A DNA stretch of 56,184 nucleotides, filler included, from Dugesia japonica (GCA_001938525.1; 4 parts of 4 records of this genome joined end to end with filler, not necessarily neighbours in it); one strand, 5' to 3'. Shown: positions 1 to 14,599, counted from the first letter of the whole stretch. The notes: generated by a model from the sequence alone, not told the origin. Translations and numbers: made by a program.

Positions 1-884
1 GAAAAATACTAAAAAATATTTTTTTTCTTTAGAAAAAAATAGGTTGATTTATATCCTATAAATTGTAAATAGATAGAGCATAACATGAGAGTCGTTGTTA
101 GAAGTCGAGAAAACAATATTTTACATTATAAATAAATAAAATTAAAAATAAAGATACATTGGATATTTAATAACAGTTTTTGCTTTTCAAAGTAGCAGTA
201 ATTACAGACAAAGTTTCTGGAGTAAACACAGAAACTATCAAAATGTTGCATAAACATGCGATTTATGCGACAAACCTATATTTGAGTGATTGTCACATTG
301 ATGCTTTATTGAATTGTTATTCTTAGAAAAATACGTCTATATATTCATAATGATTCATATAGGAATCATGATGCACTGTAGGGTTAAATACAAGCCTTGG
401 TTGTGTATTTTACATATCACAAATAGTTGATCTATATATAATTTCAAGAAAACTCGCCGAAAAAGTTGGTTTTTTTGCAACAGCGTTAAATATCAATAAT
501 ACTTTTTAACGGAATTTCATTAAATTGTATAGTTACGAAATCATTACCATGTGGTCAGCGTGTGCTAATAGAGTAGGTACAAAAATTTAAAATTCAAAAC
601 ATAAGTATGAGACATGGCCATGTATTTCAGTTTGACTATTTTTCTTGACATTTGTTCAATTTTTAATTAAAATTATTTACGTAAACATAAAATTGATGCT
701 AAATAAATCAGGTTATTCAAATTTAAAATAATAATAAAAAACCATATTAATAGTGAAAACCAATATTGTTTAAACTTTTCTTATAATTTCGGTAACCGGA
801 TGAAAAATCGCACAAATAATAAAAGATTACTGTTTGCACAGTATGTATTATTCTAGTTGNTGACAAAATGAATGTATTTATTAA

Positions 885-2030
885 CAGGGTTTGTACCCAC
901 ATTACGAATTTTTGTAATTTAATTTTGTAAATAAATTTAGAATTATTATTAATTTTACAAACCCTAAAATTATTTCAAACGATATAAGAAGAAGGATAAT
1001 AGATTCATATTTTAATGGCCATTCAAAAATTGAAATTTTTACAGTATTCAATATTCTTTTATCAACAATATATTCAGTTATTAACATCTATTTACAGATA
1101 GAGCGTGTTGAGAGTGAGCTAAAGAGTGGTCTTAGGAAGAAAGCATTGAACGAAGAAGATGTAGCGACTCTTAAAAATTGGATAGAAAAAGATGCCAGTA
1201 TAACACTTGCGACATTAAGACAAAAGTTAATTTATACATATAATATTTCAGTATCAATCAAAACAGTTTATAATTGTGTTAATGGTTTTGGTTATTTACT
1301 AAAGAGAATAGCATTGATTCCGTCTAGATGAAATGATGAATAATCAATAGAAACAAGGAATGCCTACGCAAGACGCTTCCTTGAAATTTTAAGATTACAT
1401 GATGAAAATAATTTAATATTTGTGGACGAAATGGTGTATAATGTGTCTTTAAGTTTGAGAAGAGGAATGTTTTTACGTGGCACGAGACGTGTGCAAGTAG
1501 TTACAAGCTTACGACCACACAATATTTCAGTTTATTGTGTAATGGTAAAAACAGGAATTATCAAATATCATGTGCAAACAACTCATTATAATACGATTAC
1601 ACTTGCTTCCTATATTGAATATAAAATAACAACAATTGGTGGACGTGGGCCTGCAGTAATAATAATGGATAATGTTTCATTCCATCGATCATGTCAAATA
1701 TATGAAATTATTAGCGAGAAAGGAAATAATTTCCTTTTTCTTTTGGGATACTCTTTCCTCAATCGTATTGAAAACTTATTAAAAGAACTTTTTACATTGA
1801 TTGAAAATGTTGATAATTTAGTAACTACTAGATGTATAAATTGTGATGCAATTATTGATGAATTAGAATACATTTTGAACCGAATAGTATGTTTATATTT
1901 TATACTTACATCTAAATTTGAAAACATTTTAATTTGTTTTTTTCGAAATTAGAAAAGCACTTTATAATATATTTTAAATGTGCTTACACAAATTAGAAAA
2001 AAGGTTACAAAAATCTGAGTAAAAACCCTG
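885..2030 (+). mobile_element. Tc1/IS630-family (DD34E-like) DNA transposon, decayed
   Basis: Imperfect TIRs: CAGGGTTTGTACCCA at 885 and TGAGTAAAAACCCTG ending at 2030, followed by TA. Encloses a broken transposase. Confidence 0.85.
1100..1800 (+). pseudogene. Tc1/IS630-type DDE transposase pseudogene
   Basis: HTH-like segment 'ITLATLRQKL...VSIKTVYN' and catalytic motifs 'IFVDE', 'VIIMDNVSFH', 'GYSFLNRIE'; internal stops and deletions. Confidence 0.85.
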
Positions 2031-3568
2031 TATATTAATATAAATACAACAAGTACATAAGATAATAATAGACAATCGTGTTATAAAAACTCACTAAAAT
2101 TTTCTCAACTATGATCCGAGATACAATCAAAATTATACAAATTGATCCTTTGGATTTTACAAAATAAATAACTGAATTTTTTTAGTTAAAATGCATTTGA
2201 AAATACCGGGAGACATTAATTCATGCATATCTATTTGTCCAGCTATATAATTGGTATACATTAACGTTTAATCATTATCATATAGTTTAAGGTTAGATTG
2301 ATTTTATGAAACGTGTAGAAAAGAGAAGTTTCATTACTTTGTTGAAATATTTTTTAAGAATCATGACAAATGTCTTAATTTATTAACTGTTTGATGAATT
2401 TGTAACACTCGCCGTTGAATTCAAAAGATCAGCTGATTCCATCAACTTTATTAACTAAAAATAAAACAATAATTTGTTTATTTAAACAAAGTAAAAATAA
2501 TTAGGAGTTTAGTTGAAATTCTCCATAAAATTATTTATTATGATATTATAAACGCTATTTAAAAATTAAATTTATCTCCAAACTATTTTAACTCAACTTG
2601 CTTATAAATATCCATGTATAATAATTTAAAAATAATGTGTTTTAATTATTTTCAATAACTAGCTTTTTAACAACTATTTTAACGCAAAATTTTAAATACA
2701 AAAAATTGTTTAAAAATAATATTTTAATTATTTTTAATAATTATTCGTTAATAACTATTTTACCGCACTTGTATAAATTTAATAATTTATCCTATATGAA
2801 AAAANNNNNNNNNNNNNNNNNNNNNNNNNTATTTAACAAATTAAAATTTGAAAATACTCTTAATAATTAAATTAATTCTTTGTTAACAATTGTAAATTAG
2901 CTAAATTGATTTCAAAATTTTCTTTAAAATTTTAATATTTATTACTTATTTTTTTTAAAAAAACGTAATTACTTAAGAGAACTTTAACTAAAACGACAAA
3001 AAGTTCCATTCGGTTTCTTTAAAACAGCCTCATAATAGCTATGTACTATTACACAAATAAAGCATTAGCACTCAGTTTTTATTGAATGTATTTTCATTCT
3101 TCTTTGTTCCAATATTATGTCAATCAGCCACCGATGTCCTCGGTATTTAAATTGTAGTTCGGCAATGATTTTCAGCATTTAAATTTCGGTTATGCAATAT
3201 TCATACTATTATTGGAATATTGAAACAACGTTGCGTATATTTATTGTACATAAATTATGTATAAAAAATATTGAGTTATGATTAGGAATAACTAGTTCTA
3301 ATTTTAATAATGATATCATATTAAATTACCGCTAATTACCATAAAAATAATTAGAAAAAAATCAATGCACACAAGCTGCTTTTTTAGTGGTTACCAGCAA
3401 TGATGAAATGAATAAGAAATGAAATGCGTGAGTTTTTTGTAATTGTAATCCATTGGTCTGATTGCTCAAGCCACAGGAGTCATACTATAATAAAATGTCT
3501 TTATTGATTTTTCTTTAGAATAATTAAGTTTAATCATTATTTTATTGAAAGACATTTAATCACTTTAG

Positions 3569-3677
3569 AAATGGTTCTGTTACTGTTGGTAGAGGCGAAG
3601 AAACTCGCATTTGGCAACGGAAGGATGGTAAATGGCAAAATATACATGTTCACAAATCTGGTAATGCCTTTCTATGA
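3569..3677 (+). CDS. CaMKII: Terminal coding exon of calcium/calmodulin-dependent protein kinase II (end of association/hub domain)
   Basis: After the acceptor TTTAG it reads NGSVTVGRGEETRIWQRKDGKWQNIHVHKSGNAFL*, matching the CaMKII C-terminal motif [23 protein letters not shown]. Upstream exons were not identified in the window. Confidence 0.85.
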
Positions 3678-5209
3678 TAAAGTAATCGAGCCATTTTTTA
3701 AATATGAATTTAACTATGTTGGTGCCGATTGCGAACCGGTATAATCCAAATTTGGAGTGAAATGTATCTCTATACTGACAGTTATTTTTATCTTTTTATT
3801 GAAATTATTCTGAATATTATTAAAAAAAATTATTACTATTTTATTTTTCCTGACTTGTTCTTTGCTATTTACTTAGTATTCATGATCTCATTCGTTTTTT
3901 TTTCTAAGACAGCTTTATTGTTCTTTTGTGATAATCATTATTATTAATATTGTTGGTTATTTTTTACTCCTTATGATAATAAAATTATGACGATTGTCAA
4001 TTTTTATGTTGTTGTAAAAGCGCTCTATTTATTTCTATAACTATCTCTTTTACTATCTCTGTTGTTACATATTTATAAATTACTGTTATTAATGAATCTT
4101 ATGTATTTGTTATATAACTATCACTTTCTGTGATAATAATTTGTGTGCTTGTCTAACACACGATCACTCACCAAATTCATTTGGATTCAAGAAATTAAAA
4201 ACAATTTGTTTTCTAGTGGGAATGTGTGTTTTTGTTAAATAAACTCGTCATTTACTCATTTATTTTCACATATTGTATATTTATTGTGCACGAAAATTTT
4301 GTTGAAAATATTTCGTATCACTTTGTTACAGTTAAATCCTAAACGTTCAGCTACTAAGAAATGAAATTTGAATATAAATGCTTATATTTAATATTGTTTT
4401 AGACTACATTTTAAATTTTGTGAATCAGTGACATTGTTTATATGAATTAGTAATGGGAAAATGGTGTACAAATTTTGAATTATAGTAATTTATTTTCTCA
4501 AAATAAAAAAGACTTTCCATTTCATATATTTGAAGATTGTTAGAATTGCTGTTTCTTAAATTTAATGAATTTTTTGACTAAAACCAAAAATATATATTTT
4601 TAAAAAATTCTCAACAAAATTACAATAGTAAAACAACATATTCTTTTGCGGATTTTGTGCTCTTCTGGTAAATTGATTCATCCTACGTAAAATGCATACA
4701 GTCGAAATTTATCTTAACTATTTTTTATTTCAAATCCTTAAATTATTTTTTTGAAACTAATTTTAATTCCATATATTATTTTTAAATTTGTAAATCTCAC
4801 AAAGATAAAATAAACTTAGCTTTGGATTGAAATTTTCAAGTATTGTAAGTTAAAATTAGTTTTCAACAAAAAAGTCGTAAAACCATTTTTATACATATTT
4901 TACAATTACAAGAATTACTACGAGAATAATTGTTGAACTTAACCATTGATCGTATTTGAGATTTCATTAAATTAAAAGCTTCGATCAAATTGTTGGTCTT
5001 AAATATTCTTTCAGTTGTTGAATTAGTAATTAAAAAAACATTTTGATCTAAGCTTTAAATTAAAATTTTTGTATATTCTCTAGAAAATAGTTTTCAGCCA
5101 TTATGTGGTGTGCATTCAAATTTTAGGGTTTTCTATTCTTTCCTTTAGAATTCTTATTTTTATACTTAATGGACAAAATAATATAAACTTATTGTGTGTA
5201 TTTCTAACA

Positions 5210-5770
5210 CACTTATGTGCTATCAAAATTTTAAAAATGGTATGCAACAGAAAAATGACCATGTGACAGATTAGAAGAAATCAAATAGACTCTTCTCAGG
5301 TTGATAAAAAATTAATTCTTAAATTACGACTAACCAAGTAAAATTATATCAAAATATATATCTAATAAAATCAAAACCAACAGTAATTAAATTACCTTTT
5401 AATGAGAAATGTAGCCAAATCATGCAAAATATAATAAAACCAAAACTGAAGCACAATCTAAGAATAATATTCAAATCGAAGACACCTAGCCTTCAAATGC
5501 ATTTGTAATGGTAGAAATATATCCAATAGAAAAATGTCACTTATAAAATAATATATAAAAAATACATAAATAGGTGAAGCATTAAGAACTACCAGGACAA
5601 GAATTAAGAAACTACTGAAACAAAGTGAAGTTTTCAAACATTTTCAACACAAATAAAATGTCACCAGAACAATATCATATAAAATTGAAAATTTAGGAAC
5701 CCGCTACACTTACACATTATAAGAGGAAATATTAATTAAAAAAGAAAAACCTAAAATCAGTGTAGTTTAT
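5210..5770 (+). mobile_element. Penelope-like retroelement remnant (GIY-YIG endonuclease end)
   Basis: Frameshifted 'KYI-GEALRTTRTRIKK...SEVFKHF...IEEEILIKKEKPKISV', typical of the Penelope GIY-YIG tail. Confidence 0.55.
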
Positions 5771-5823
5771 AATAATTAAAATAAATTATATAACAAAAAT
5801 ATATAACATAAGATCATCTAAAG

Positions 5824-6586
5824 CAGGTACCAAACTGTGGTTCGCAAGAACCTTTTGATAGTCCGTGAAAACCTTTGGTAAAAGTGGCAAATTTAAATTA
5901 TTTTCACGCAATCCATTTTTTAAAAATATCGTTATATTCGCGGCTAAGTGGAGCATCGGAACATCTACCCCATCCGAGGAAAATATCTTTTAAAAACTCT
6001 AAGTGTAACCTCCAATAAGACTGCAAGAAAAATGATTTTACACACATAAGTGTTTCAGTATGGACTAAGCAGATTGCAGAAAAATGTGCGAGGGTTTTAG
6101 TATCCATGAATCAAATTGAAGGAAAATTTTTCGTGGGAATAATTAATTTTTTAAATTTTATGGGCAATTTAAATATTTTTTTAAATCTAAATTTACAAAT
6201 TTTAAATTTTAGTTTGAAAATTTTTCAACACCTCTTGAAAAAATTCCAAAAAAAATGTGTCGGTTAATAAGATTGCAGGATACTGTGTCGCTAAATTTTA
6301 GTAATACACTTTCAACTAATCGGCTTGCAATATACTGTATCACCAAATTATATATCACTTTGCCAACGAAGGAGGAATGATACATTACGCCACTATCTAT
6401 CTACATATGTTTAAAACGTAACATCAGTTGCTGGAGATTGAATGTACTTTTCATTGGATAATTCTGGGTGCTTTAAATTAAAGAATTACTTATCAGATAT
6501 CAACAAATATTATTATATCATTTTGCCGTAGGATTAAAAATTAATATTTTAGTGCTCTGTGAAGTCAAAAAGGTTTGGGATACACT
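5824..6586. mobile_element. Possible non-autonomous hAT (Charlie/Buster-like) remnant
   Basis: Ends resemble Charlie-type termini (CAGG..CCAAACTGTGGT ... AAAAAGGTTTGGGATACACT); no TSD confirmed. Confidence 0.35.
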
Positions 6587-7623
6587 TTATAGATTAAGAG
6601 TTATGGATACTCAATCAAATTCTTGCGAGTGTTTGTAAAGTATGACTACCCCTACTAGTCAAGATGACATAAAGTGTGGCTGAATAGTGATTTATGTTTT
6701 AACAGGTCCCTCTAGAATCCCAACAAAAGTAATACATTAAATAACGAATTTTTTTTTGAATATCGCAAAATTATGTTTATGAAAGTGGTGTATAAATTTG
6801 ATTATCTTGTGTAATAATTTAATTAGTTTGATTACAAAATTAATTTAACCATTTTCATTCTGATAAACCTGGTCGTAATAATTCTAAATAAACTCCACGN
6901 TTTCATTTAAGAAATCACTAAAAACGTTTCGTGCAATTATTTGATTATGTAATTATTACATAACATTCTACGTAAATATTACATAATATTTATTAAAATA
7001 AAATCGTAAAGTAGTTAAAGACTCACGATCGTTGGAATCGCATTGCAGAATCTTTTATCAAATGTTAATTTAACACGAAAAAGTTATAAATTTTACCAGA
7101 AATATTATTAATCTAATTATATTATTGGAAAATATTTTCGTAGAAACACGAGAAACTTAGCATAAATTAAAGTTAGAAAAGATGGAATCATCAAAAATTT
7201 TATAAATAAACATTATTAAATCGAAAAACTATTATTTGATAGCAATTACATTTGTTAAATATACCAACGGTATAAGTTATCCGTCCAAATAAAATAGAAA
7301 GATTTAACGAAGTAAAATAATGGATGTGAAGATTTAAGATTTTTCAATCTTCGTGGGAAAATAAAAGAATTGAATAATACTACAATATACAGAGAAATTC
7401 ATTTACTTTTTTCATTATTTTGGTTAAAGCGAGAACAATAGAAGCCATTATCATAATTAATTGTAATTAGTCATTAAAATTTGAGTTTTATCATGAATTT
7501 TCGTCATTATCAAATTTTTGGTTTGTTCTATAGAATTATATTAAAAGAAAATTCTCAAAAAAGTTGTCGAGTATTCTGAAGCGAATTAACCATCATAAAA
7601 TAGAACAAAAGTCTTTTGGAATA

Positions 7624-8230
7624 ATGTCTGTAGACAATTACACCAACCCTATGTGCCAATTCCATCGCAAGCATTCAAAGAAAATTCACTACGGCTTTTA
7701 ACTTAGAAAATATGCAATATTAATGAATTCAATGTAATATATAAATTTATTGTTCTAAATAAAACTTCTTCTTTTGAATTTTACTATGGAAAATGGCAAG
7801 TTTGTAAAAAATTAACCAAGAACAACGAATCAGAAAGATTGAAAGAAGGAGCAGTAAAATAAAATCTTAGATTTGATATTAATGCAAACGAAAATTAGAG
7901 TGTATCGGACGCAACCAACTTATTTTTGTTTCAATGTTCAGTTAGTTCAAAAAAACCAATTTCACACAAATATATACAGGGAAATTGTGATATTTAAATA
8001 AAACAATTGCAGCATATTAAAATTCATCAAAATCTCATTTTGCATTAGGGTCTTTCCAAAAATTCTATTACCAACGATATTTTATCGCATACTCTGCTTT
8101 GAAACATTGATCTATACCATCGCGTAGCTTATACGTATCACATTTTATAACAGATGTATATGTGAAAATATTCACAAATAATTTGGATTACGTGTTAAGC
8201 AAGAAAATCACAATTCCCGACAATATCCAT
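7624..8230 (+). pseudogene. Possible THAP-domain / P-element-like transposase remnant
   Basis: Fragments 'KICNINEF' and 'ERLKEGAV' resemble the THAP motifs (ICSxHF...RLKxxAVP); heavily decayed. Confidence 0.3.
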
Positions 8231-8645
8231 TTCACTTATTAAAAAATATGTTAATTGATAATCACAATTGTCGTAAATATAATAAGTTTAACAAAAAAAA
8301 CATTCCCACTTAAAACTAGACCGTAAAAATAAATTAAACACTTGGTAGTATTTTATTTTATACGATAACTTCAACTAAAGAAAAGCAAAATATACAATAA
8401 TTTTAAAACCAATTTTAGTATAACAAATAATTTGACCTAAATCTGTATTGCAAAAATCTATTAGATAAACTATTAAACATTTACAGTAAAAATTTTACAT
8501 ATGTTCAAAATATGCCAAAATTAAATATTCATTAAAATAAAATGTATCAAATCACAGAAAACTGAAAGTAAAATAATGATGAATATATTTTCTATGAAAA
8601 TTACCAATTAATGAGCTAGAGATACATAACTTGAAAAACATAAAA

Positions 8646-9044
8646 TTAACTGTACATCATTTGTGCCATTTCTGACATGGGATTTGACATGTGAAGTTGT
8701 TTGACCATATCTTTAGTTAATTCATTTAGCAAAATCTCAGTCTTCTTATCAATGGAATTCTTAATATGAGACTTTGGATTGCTTGAATTTAAATGAACGT
8801 TTTTTTTCTTTATATCACATTCATTTTTTATAGGATTTTCGATGCATTTTTTATCATTATCTATTAAAGGCAGAGCACTAAAAAAGAGCGATACGAATTT
8901 ATTGTAGTATTCTTCATCACTGGGTTTCGTTAGATAAAAAGACTTTTTTTCAGAAAATAGTATAGGCTTTGAATGCAATTTTCCTTTTTCTTGAGTTTTC
9001 CTATCCAAAGATTTTTGTGATTTAACTTCTTTTAATTTCATCAA
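8646..9044 (-). CDS. Hypothetical protein or exon (132 aa), function unknown
   Basis: Uninterrupted ORF with protein-like composition in very AT-rich DNA; no recognisable motif. Confidence 0.35.
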   Translation of the reverse strand: MMKLKEVKSQKSLDRKTQEKGKLHSKPILFSEKKSFYLTKPSDEEYYNKFVSLFFSALPLIDNDKKCIENPIKNECDIKKKNVHLNSSNPKSHIKNSIDKKTEILLNELTKDMVKQLHMSNPMSEMAQMMYS

Positions 9045-10759
9045 ATTTCAAAAAATTATAATTAGAATATTAAAACAAATTAATTGTTACATTATTTTTC
9101 ATTAAAGTTTTGAAGTAATTATAATTCTTCGATCAAAATGTTGTTTTATTTCTTTTTATTATGTTTTTGTGATAATTATTCGAATTTTCGATTATTACTT
9201 TTTAGGAATTTAACTTTTTGATTGATTTAACCAATATTAGAAAATTTTTCAAAATTTATTGCGTTTCATGAAATTTTATTGGATAACTTTTATTTATTAA
9301 AAAAAATTATTAAAAAAAATTATTTAGATTAACTTATAATTGTTTTACAGATACTGTTATTGCGAGAATAATTGTTGAACGTAACTATGGATCGCTTTTC
9401 AGATTTCATTAAAATTAAATTTTTAAAATTAAAAATTTTATCGAAGCTTTTATTTTAATTTTAATGAAATCTAAATAAAAATTATTCAAAAAATTTTCTA
9501 ATATAGGTTAAATCAATCAAAAAGTTAAATTACTGAAGTAGACAATAGTTGAAAATTGGATTATAACGGTAAATACCAAGCCTTGGAGACAACCCATGAA
9601 CCTTGAAGAAAAAATAGATACGGCCATAAAAAATTTAGTGGACGCTAATAATATAAGAAAATGTAATTCACAGTGGAACACACCACTAATATGCGTCCGG
9701 AAGAAAGAAAGAAAGAATGTGAGACTTTGCTTGGACTTCAGGAAACTAAATACAGTTACGGAACGACAGGCCTTCCCGATGCCAAACGCGAAAGAAATGT
9801 TAGACAATTTGTATGAGGCCAATTATTTCAGTATCATAGACTTGAGAAACGCGTATTACCAGGCACCGTTATAAAAAGAGTGACAAAAGAAAACAACCTT
9901 TTCGACAAAAAATGATCAATATTGCTTCACAAGAATGCCATTCGGCATAGCACCAGCTTCAGGAACATTCCAAGAACTAATGACAAAAGTATTGGATGGT
10001 CTAGATGGAGCAAAGGTGTATATGGATGACATAATGATATTCTCATAAAGACTAAAAGAGCATTATATAACTCTGGGTCAAGTATTAGAGCGGATCCAAA
10101 AGGCAGGGTTGCGAGTGAATCCAGAAAAATGTCACCTATTATGCAGAGAAGTAAAATTTCTTTGTCAAATAATAGATAAACTAGGAATTCGAACAGATCC
10201 AATGAAAATCGAAGCTATCAAAATTTTTGAGAAACCCAAATGCGTAAAGAGCCTAAGAAGCTTCCTCGGAATATGCAATTATCACAGAAAATTCATCAAA
10301 AATTATTCAAAGAAATCAAGAGCCCTAGAAGAATTATGCGGAAGCAACAGCACCAAGCTAATATGGTCAGATGGATGTGAGAAAGCTTTCGCAGAAATGA
10401 AACAAGCACTGATTGAAGCACCAATTCTAGGATTCCTTGATATAAAGAAGACATTTATTTTAGATACTGACCCTTGCTTCGAAGCAATAGGAGCGGGTTT
10501 ATCACAAAATGATGATGATGATGAAAGAGAAAGAGTTATTTCTTACAGCTCACATGAGAAAGGCTAATGTATTCCACCGAAGGAATTACTAGCAATTTTC
10601 TACTTATGTAACAGCTTTAAACATTATTTATATCGAAAAAAATTCATAACGAGAACAGATGACAAAGCCATCGTATTCATGAAAAAGACGAACAAACCGA
10701 TAGCACCTCAGTTCCAGACATGGATGAATCACCTTAGCAGCTTAGACATGGAATTAATA

Positions 10760-11612
10760 TGTTGGGGTACAGAGTACACAGCATGCACAACACGCAGACA
10801 AAAAACCTAGCATGCAAACATAACATCAAAGAAATCAAACAATTTTCAAAGTCAATCCAAAATCAGTCAGGACAGTTCAAATTCAAACCAATTCATCATC
10901 CAACTTCGAGCAGATCCCCTAACATTCATACTTATAGTTTATTGGACTCTAATTGTTTATTTGACTCTAATTCATGCTGATATTGTTTATTAGTTTTATT
11001 TTGTTGTGTTTGATTTGATTCAGTTTATTTTTAATGTGATTTAATTTTATTTTCAAGCTACTATATATTTTGAGAGTATTTTTTAATTTTGGTAAAAAAT
11101 TAATAAAAATTAACTCTGTATATTAAAAGGAATATTATTTTATAAAAAATCTATTTGTAATGTAATTATTTTAAAATGGAATTAATAAGAAAAAGGTAAA
11201 TTTGTATGAAAAAGATTAAGTCTTATTAAGTTTTATGTAAGTAATGTGTGCGGGTGTGTGATTGGAAAATTCAGTATAAATACTGAACTCTTTCATTGTA
11301 AATTCAGACTTCAATTATTGAACACTCCAACCTCTAAGGGCAGCAGTCGTTCATTTAATTAAAATCTGGTGATATAAGTATTGACATAAAAGAAAAATTG
11401 TATATTGTTATATATCCAAAATATCATTCTAAAAAGAAGTGTGTTTCATTTATTTATATAAGAACAAGACATATATTACTTTATTTATAATTTTCTTAAA
11501 ATATTGCATTTATATAATATTGTATTAACACACACGTCAACACACGAAAAGTTATAAAGTGATTATTGATTTGCGAACCATAAAATCTTTTGTTGAGTTA
11601 GAATACCCAACA
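10760..11612. mobile_element. Solo LTR (853 bp) inserted into the Gypsy RNase H region
   Basis: TGTTGGG...CCCAACA inverted termini with a perfect 4-bp TSD AATA (10756-10759 and 11613-11616). Removing it restores the frame LSSLDMELIYRQGEK. Confidence 0.9.
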
Positions 11613-12820
11613 AATATATAGACAAGGTGAAAAAGACACAAACGCAGATTAGCTCTCAAGAATTTAATGCGGAACGTGCACTCAATGTCATATGCAACAT
11701 GGAGATCCAAAGATGGGGAAGATGAAAAAAAGACAGATAAATCAGATGATAAAGATAGAGAGATGTAAATGGAAAGAGGGAATATAGGAAGTCAAACCAA
11801 TCAAACGAGATATTCAAGAAGGAGAAGATTCAAAGTATAGACTCGAAAGTAATATAGTGAAAACTAGTGATGGAAAATTTGGATTCCAAAAGAGAAAAGA
11901 ATATCAATGATCAAAGAGATACATACATTGTTAATACATGCAGGAACAGAGAAAATGATCAGCTACATAATCAGCAACTCCGACATGGAAGAACTGAAAA
12001 AGAAAATCACAAAAGTGATGAGACAGTGTGAAGCATGCTTGAAGAACAAAGTTAATACTGTGGCAACAAAAGAGACAACAGAAAAATTAAACGCAAATTG
12101 CCTATTTGAAAAACTATATATGGGCATATTTGGGTCTTTTCGAGAGACTGTGAACAGACGAAGATATATATGTAGAATAATATACCAATAAAGTCGATTT
12201 GCAAGCCTAAATGCAATAAGCAAGCAAGCTGATGAGACGATTTAAAAAGTAATAATGGAAAAATGGAGAAGATTTAGAGCACCAAAAAAAGTTCACGTGA
12301 ACAGTGGTAAAATATTTGAATCGAAAACTTCAAGAATCTGATGGAATCGATGAATATAGAAGTACACTTTTCAAGTCCATACCATCACAATACAAACGGG
12401 ATTATATAGAGACAATTCCGCACAATCAGATACTGTATTAATGCAGCCGCAGAGGAAGATAGAAGAAAGGATTGGAGTAACAGGAAACCGGAGATTGAAT
12501 GCATTATGAATGCGACAAGACAAAAAATTTGAGGATATCACAAGCAGAATTAATATTTGGTAGGAAATTACACAGAGAACAATGGTTCGACAGCCAAAAA
12601 GATGACAAAGAGTCGATGGAAGAAAGACCTACACAAATACAATTCCGAGTGGGAGACGAAGTATTGATAAAACTAGAACAAAAGACAATGAAAGATACGC
12701 TAGCTCATACAAGATCACGGATAAGGTATATGAGAGAAGATATCGTATACGAAATGCAAATGGAAAAGAGCTAGAAAGAAACGTAAAAAAACTTAAAAAA
12801 ATTCTTTTAATCGAGGGGGA

Positions 12821-13024
12821 TGTAAGGATTTAAAATTGAAAATTGCATTTTAAAGTTTGAAGAAGAAAATGTTATTAAAGATTTCAAGAATTTTTTAAAA
12901 TATTTAAAAACTTTGTTTAAATATTCAGCTTTTAAAAAGATAGTTTTTTGAAGATTTGAAGATTTGAAATTTCATTTGATAAATAAAATGTTATTGAACT
13001 TCAGAGAGTTTATCTGGCACTAAC
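12821..13024 (+). repeat. 3' LTR of the Gypsy element
   Basis: Starts TGT directly after the polypurine tract, contains AATAAA and ends ...TAACA before the AAT microsatellite. Confidence 0.7.
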
Positions 13025-13090
<66 letters not shown>

Positions 13091-13173
13091 NNNNNNNNNN
13101 NNNNNNNNNNNNNNNNNNNNNNNNNNNNNNNNNNNNNNNNNNNNNNNNNNNNNNNNNNNNNNNNNNNNNNNNN

Positions 13174-13244
<71 letters not shown>

Positions 13245-13255
13245 TATTATAATAA
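13024..13255. repeat. (AAT)n microsatellite spanning an assembly gap
   Basis: Perfect AAT repeats on both sides of the N run, degenerating downstream. Confidence 0.97.
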
Positions 13256-14599
13256 TGGTACTGACAACTTTCGTAATAACCACATTAATGATTATGATAA
13301 TTGTGGTTCCTTTTTCTAAATAACCATATAAACAGTATCAACCATCCTATAACAATCATAGTGCCTATGATAAATGGCTAGTCTACGCACCAGTTAATGA
13401 GGCTGTAACTAGAGTGGATATATTTAGTTATACGTTCAATGTTTATTAATACCTGACAGAGAGGGTAAATCTGTTGAAAATATTCGTTGTAATGAAATGG
13501 AGCAATATCGATGATGAGTGTTATAATATTGGAAATCATAAATGACAATTATGGCCATAAGATGATAATTGATGGCACATATGAATTAAGGATGACTATG
13601 ATAAGTAAATTGTATATTCATAATGGTAAACATAACTAAAGACCCAGCGTCATAGTGTGCATAACTTTAATAGGAATCATAGTTTTACTATAACGAGTAG
13701 TGATTGGATGAAAATTATTGAACAAACCAGAACCAATAAAGTGTTAAGAAGTACTTAGTTATGCATCAGAGAGAGAGAAAGAATCCAAACAAAAGGAGTC
13801 AAACTACGGGTTTTGAGTCACATGTCCTATTCGAAGATCTGGCATAGGGATGCTAGATTAAATTCTTAGCGGGGTTCTGATAGGCGACCACTCACTCGGT
13901 CATAAAATAGCATCTAGCTTAGGTGGGACCCCAACATGGTTAGCTACAACAATTATTCTCGCTATAATTATAATCGTAAAATAATTATAATTTGTTGAAA
14001 AATATTTAAAAGTAAAATAATTGAAATTTTTAAAGGATATTAAAAAGCCATTTCAATTGATCAAAATTTATTATATTAAAATTTTTTCTTTTTGAATCTT
14101 CTATTTTGTCAGACACAGTTTTCATATTTTTGTGTATGCATTCGACACAGAAATAGGGGTATAATATTGACTGGAATATATAATCCTGCTAACATTCTTT
14201 ACTTCGATTCTGGTATAATATTTATACCGTCCGACTTTATTTCTTGTTTTCTTCAGTCTCTTCTTTCAAATATTGAAAATGATTGTCCATTATTTTCAGG
14301 AAAATGTTTAAAATATGTAAATTAACATGAAATTATAATAATGATAATAAAATCAAACTTTTTTCTTTTTCGTATGGATTTTTTGTCTACTCTTCTTTCT
14401 CAATATGTTCAATGTAATTATCTTTTTAGTCTTTAGATATTTCTTCGATATATTCATCTTACAAATTCACAACATTCTGGATCTATAATACAAATAGACT
14501 CGTATTCCATTCATCTTAATTATATCTGCACATTTTTAAATTGAAATTACATAATATTTGTTGCTAAATTACCAATTTCGTTTTCCATAAAAGTTCAAA

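Larger units (their letters stand above)
9540..13024 (+). mobile_element. Ty3/Gypsy LTR retrotransposon, 5'-truncated and decayed (RT-RNaseH-integrase-PPT-3'LTR)
   Basis: RT motifs 'RLCLDFRKLN', 'IDLRNAYYQ', 'RMPFG', 'YMDD'; RNase H 'FILDTD..FEAIGAGLSQ'; integrase HHCC 'IHTLLIHAG...CEAC' and 'SSPYHHNTNG'; PPT GAGGGGGA before TGTAAG at 12821. Confidence 0.93.

Noticed and set aside
2186-3260. Upstream CaMKII exons
   Set aside because: Short coding-like blocks (e.g. 'IHTII') do not extend into a convincing hub-domain alignment.
13020-13283. Poly-I/poly-Y ORF, and the Asn/Ile-rich ORF at 25695-26045
   Set aside because: Artefacts of AAT microsatellites and N runs.
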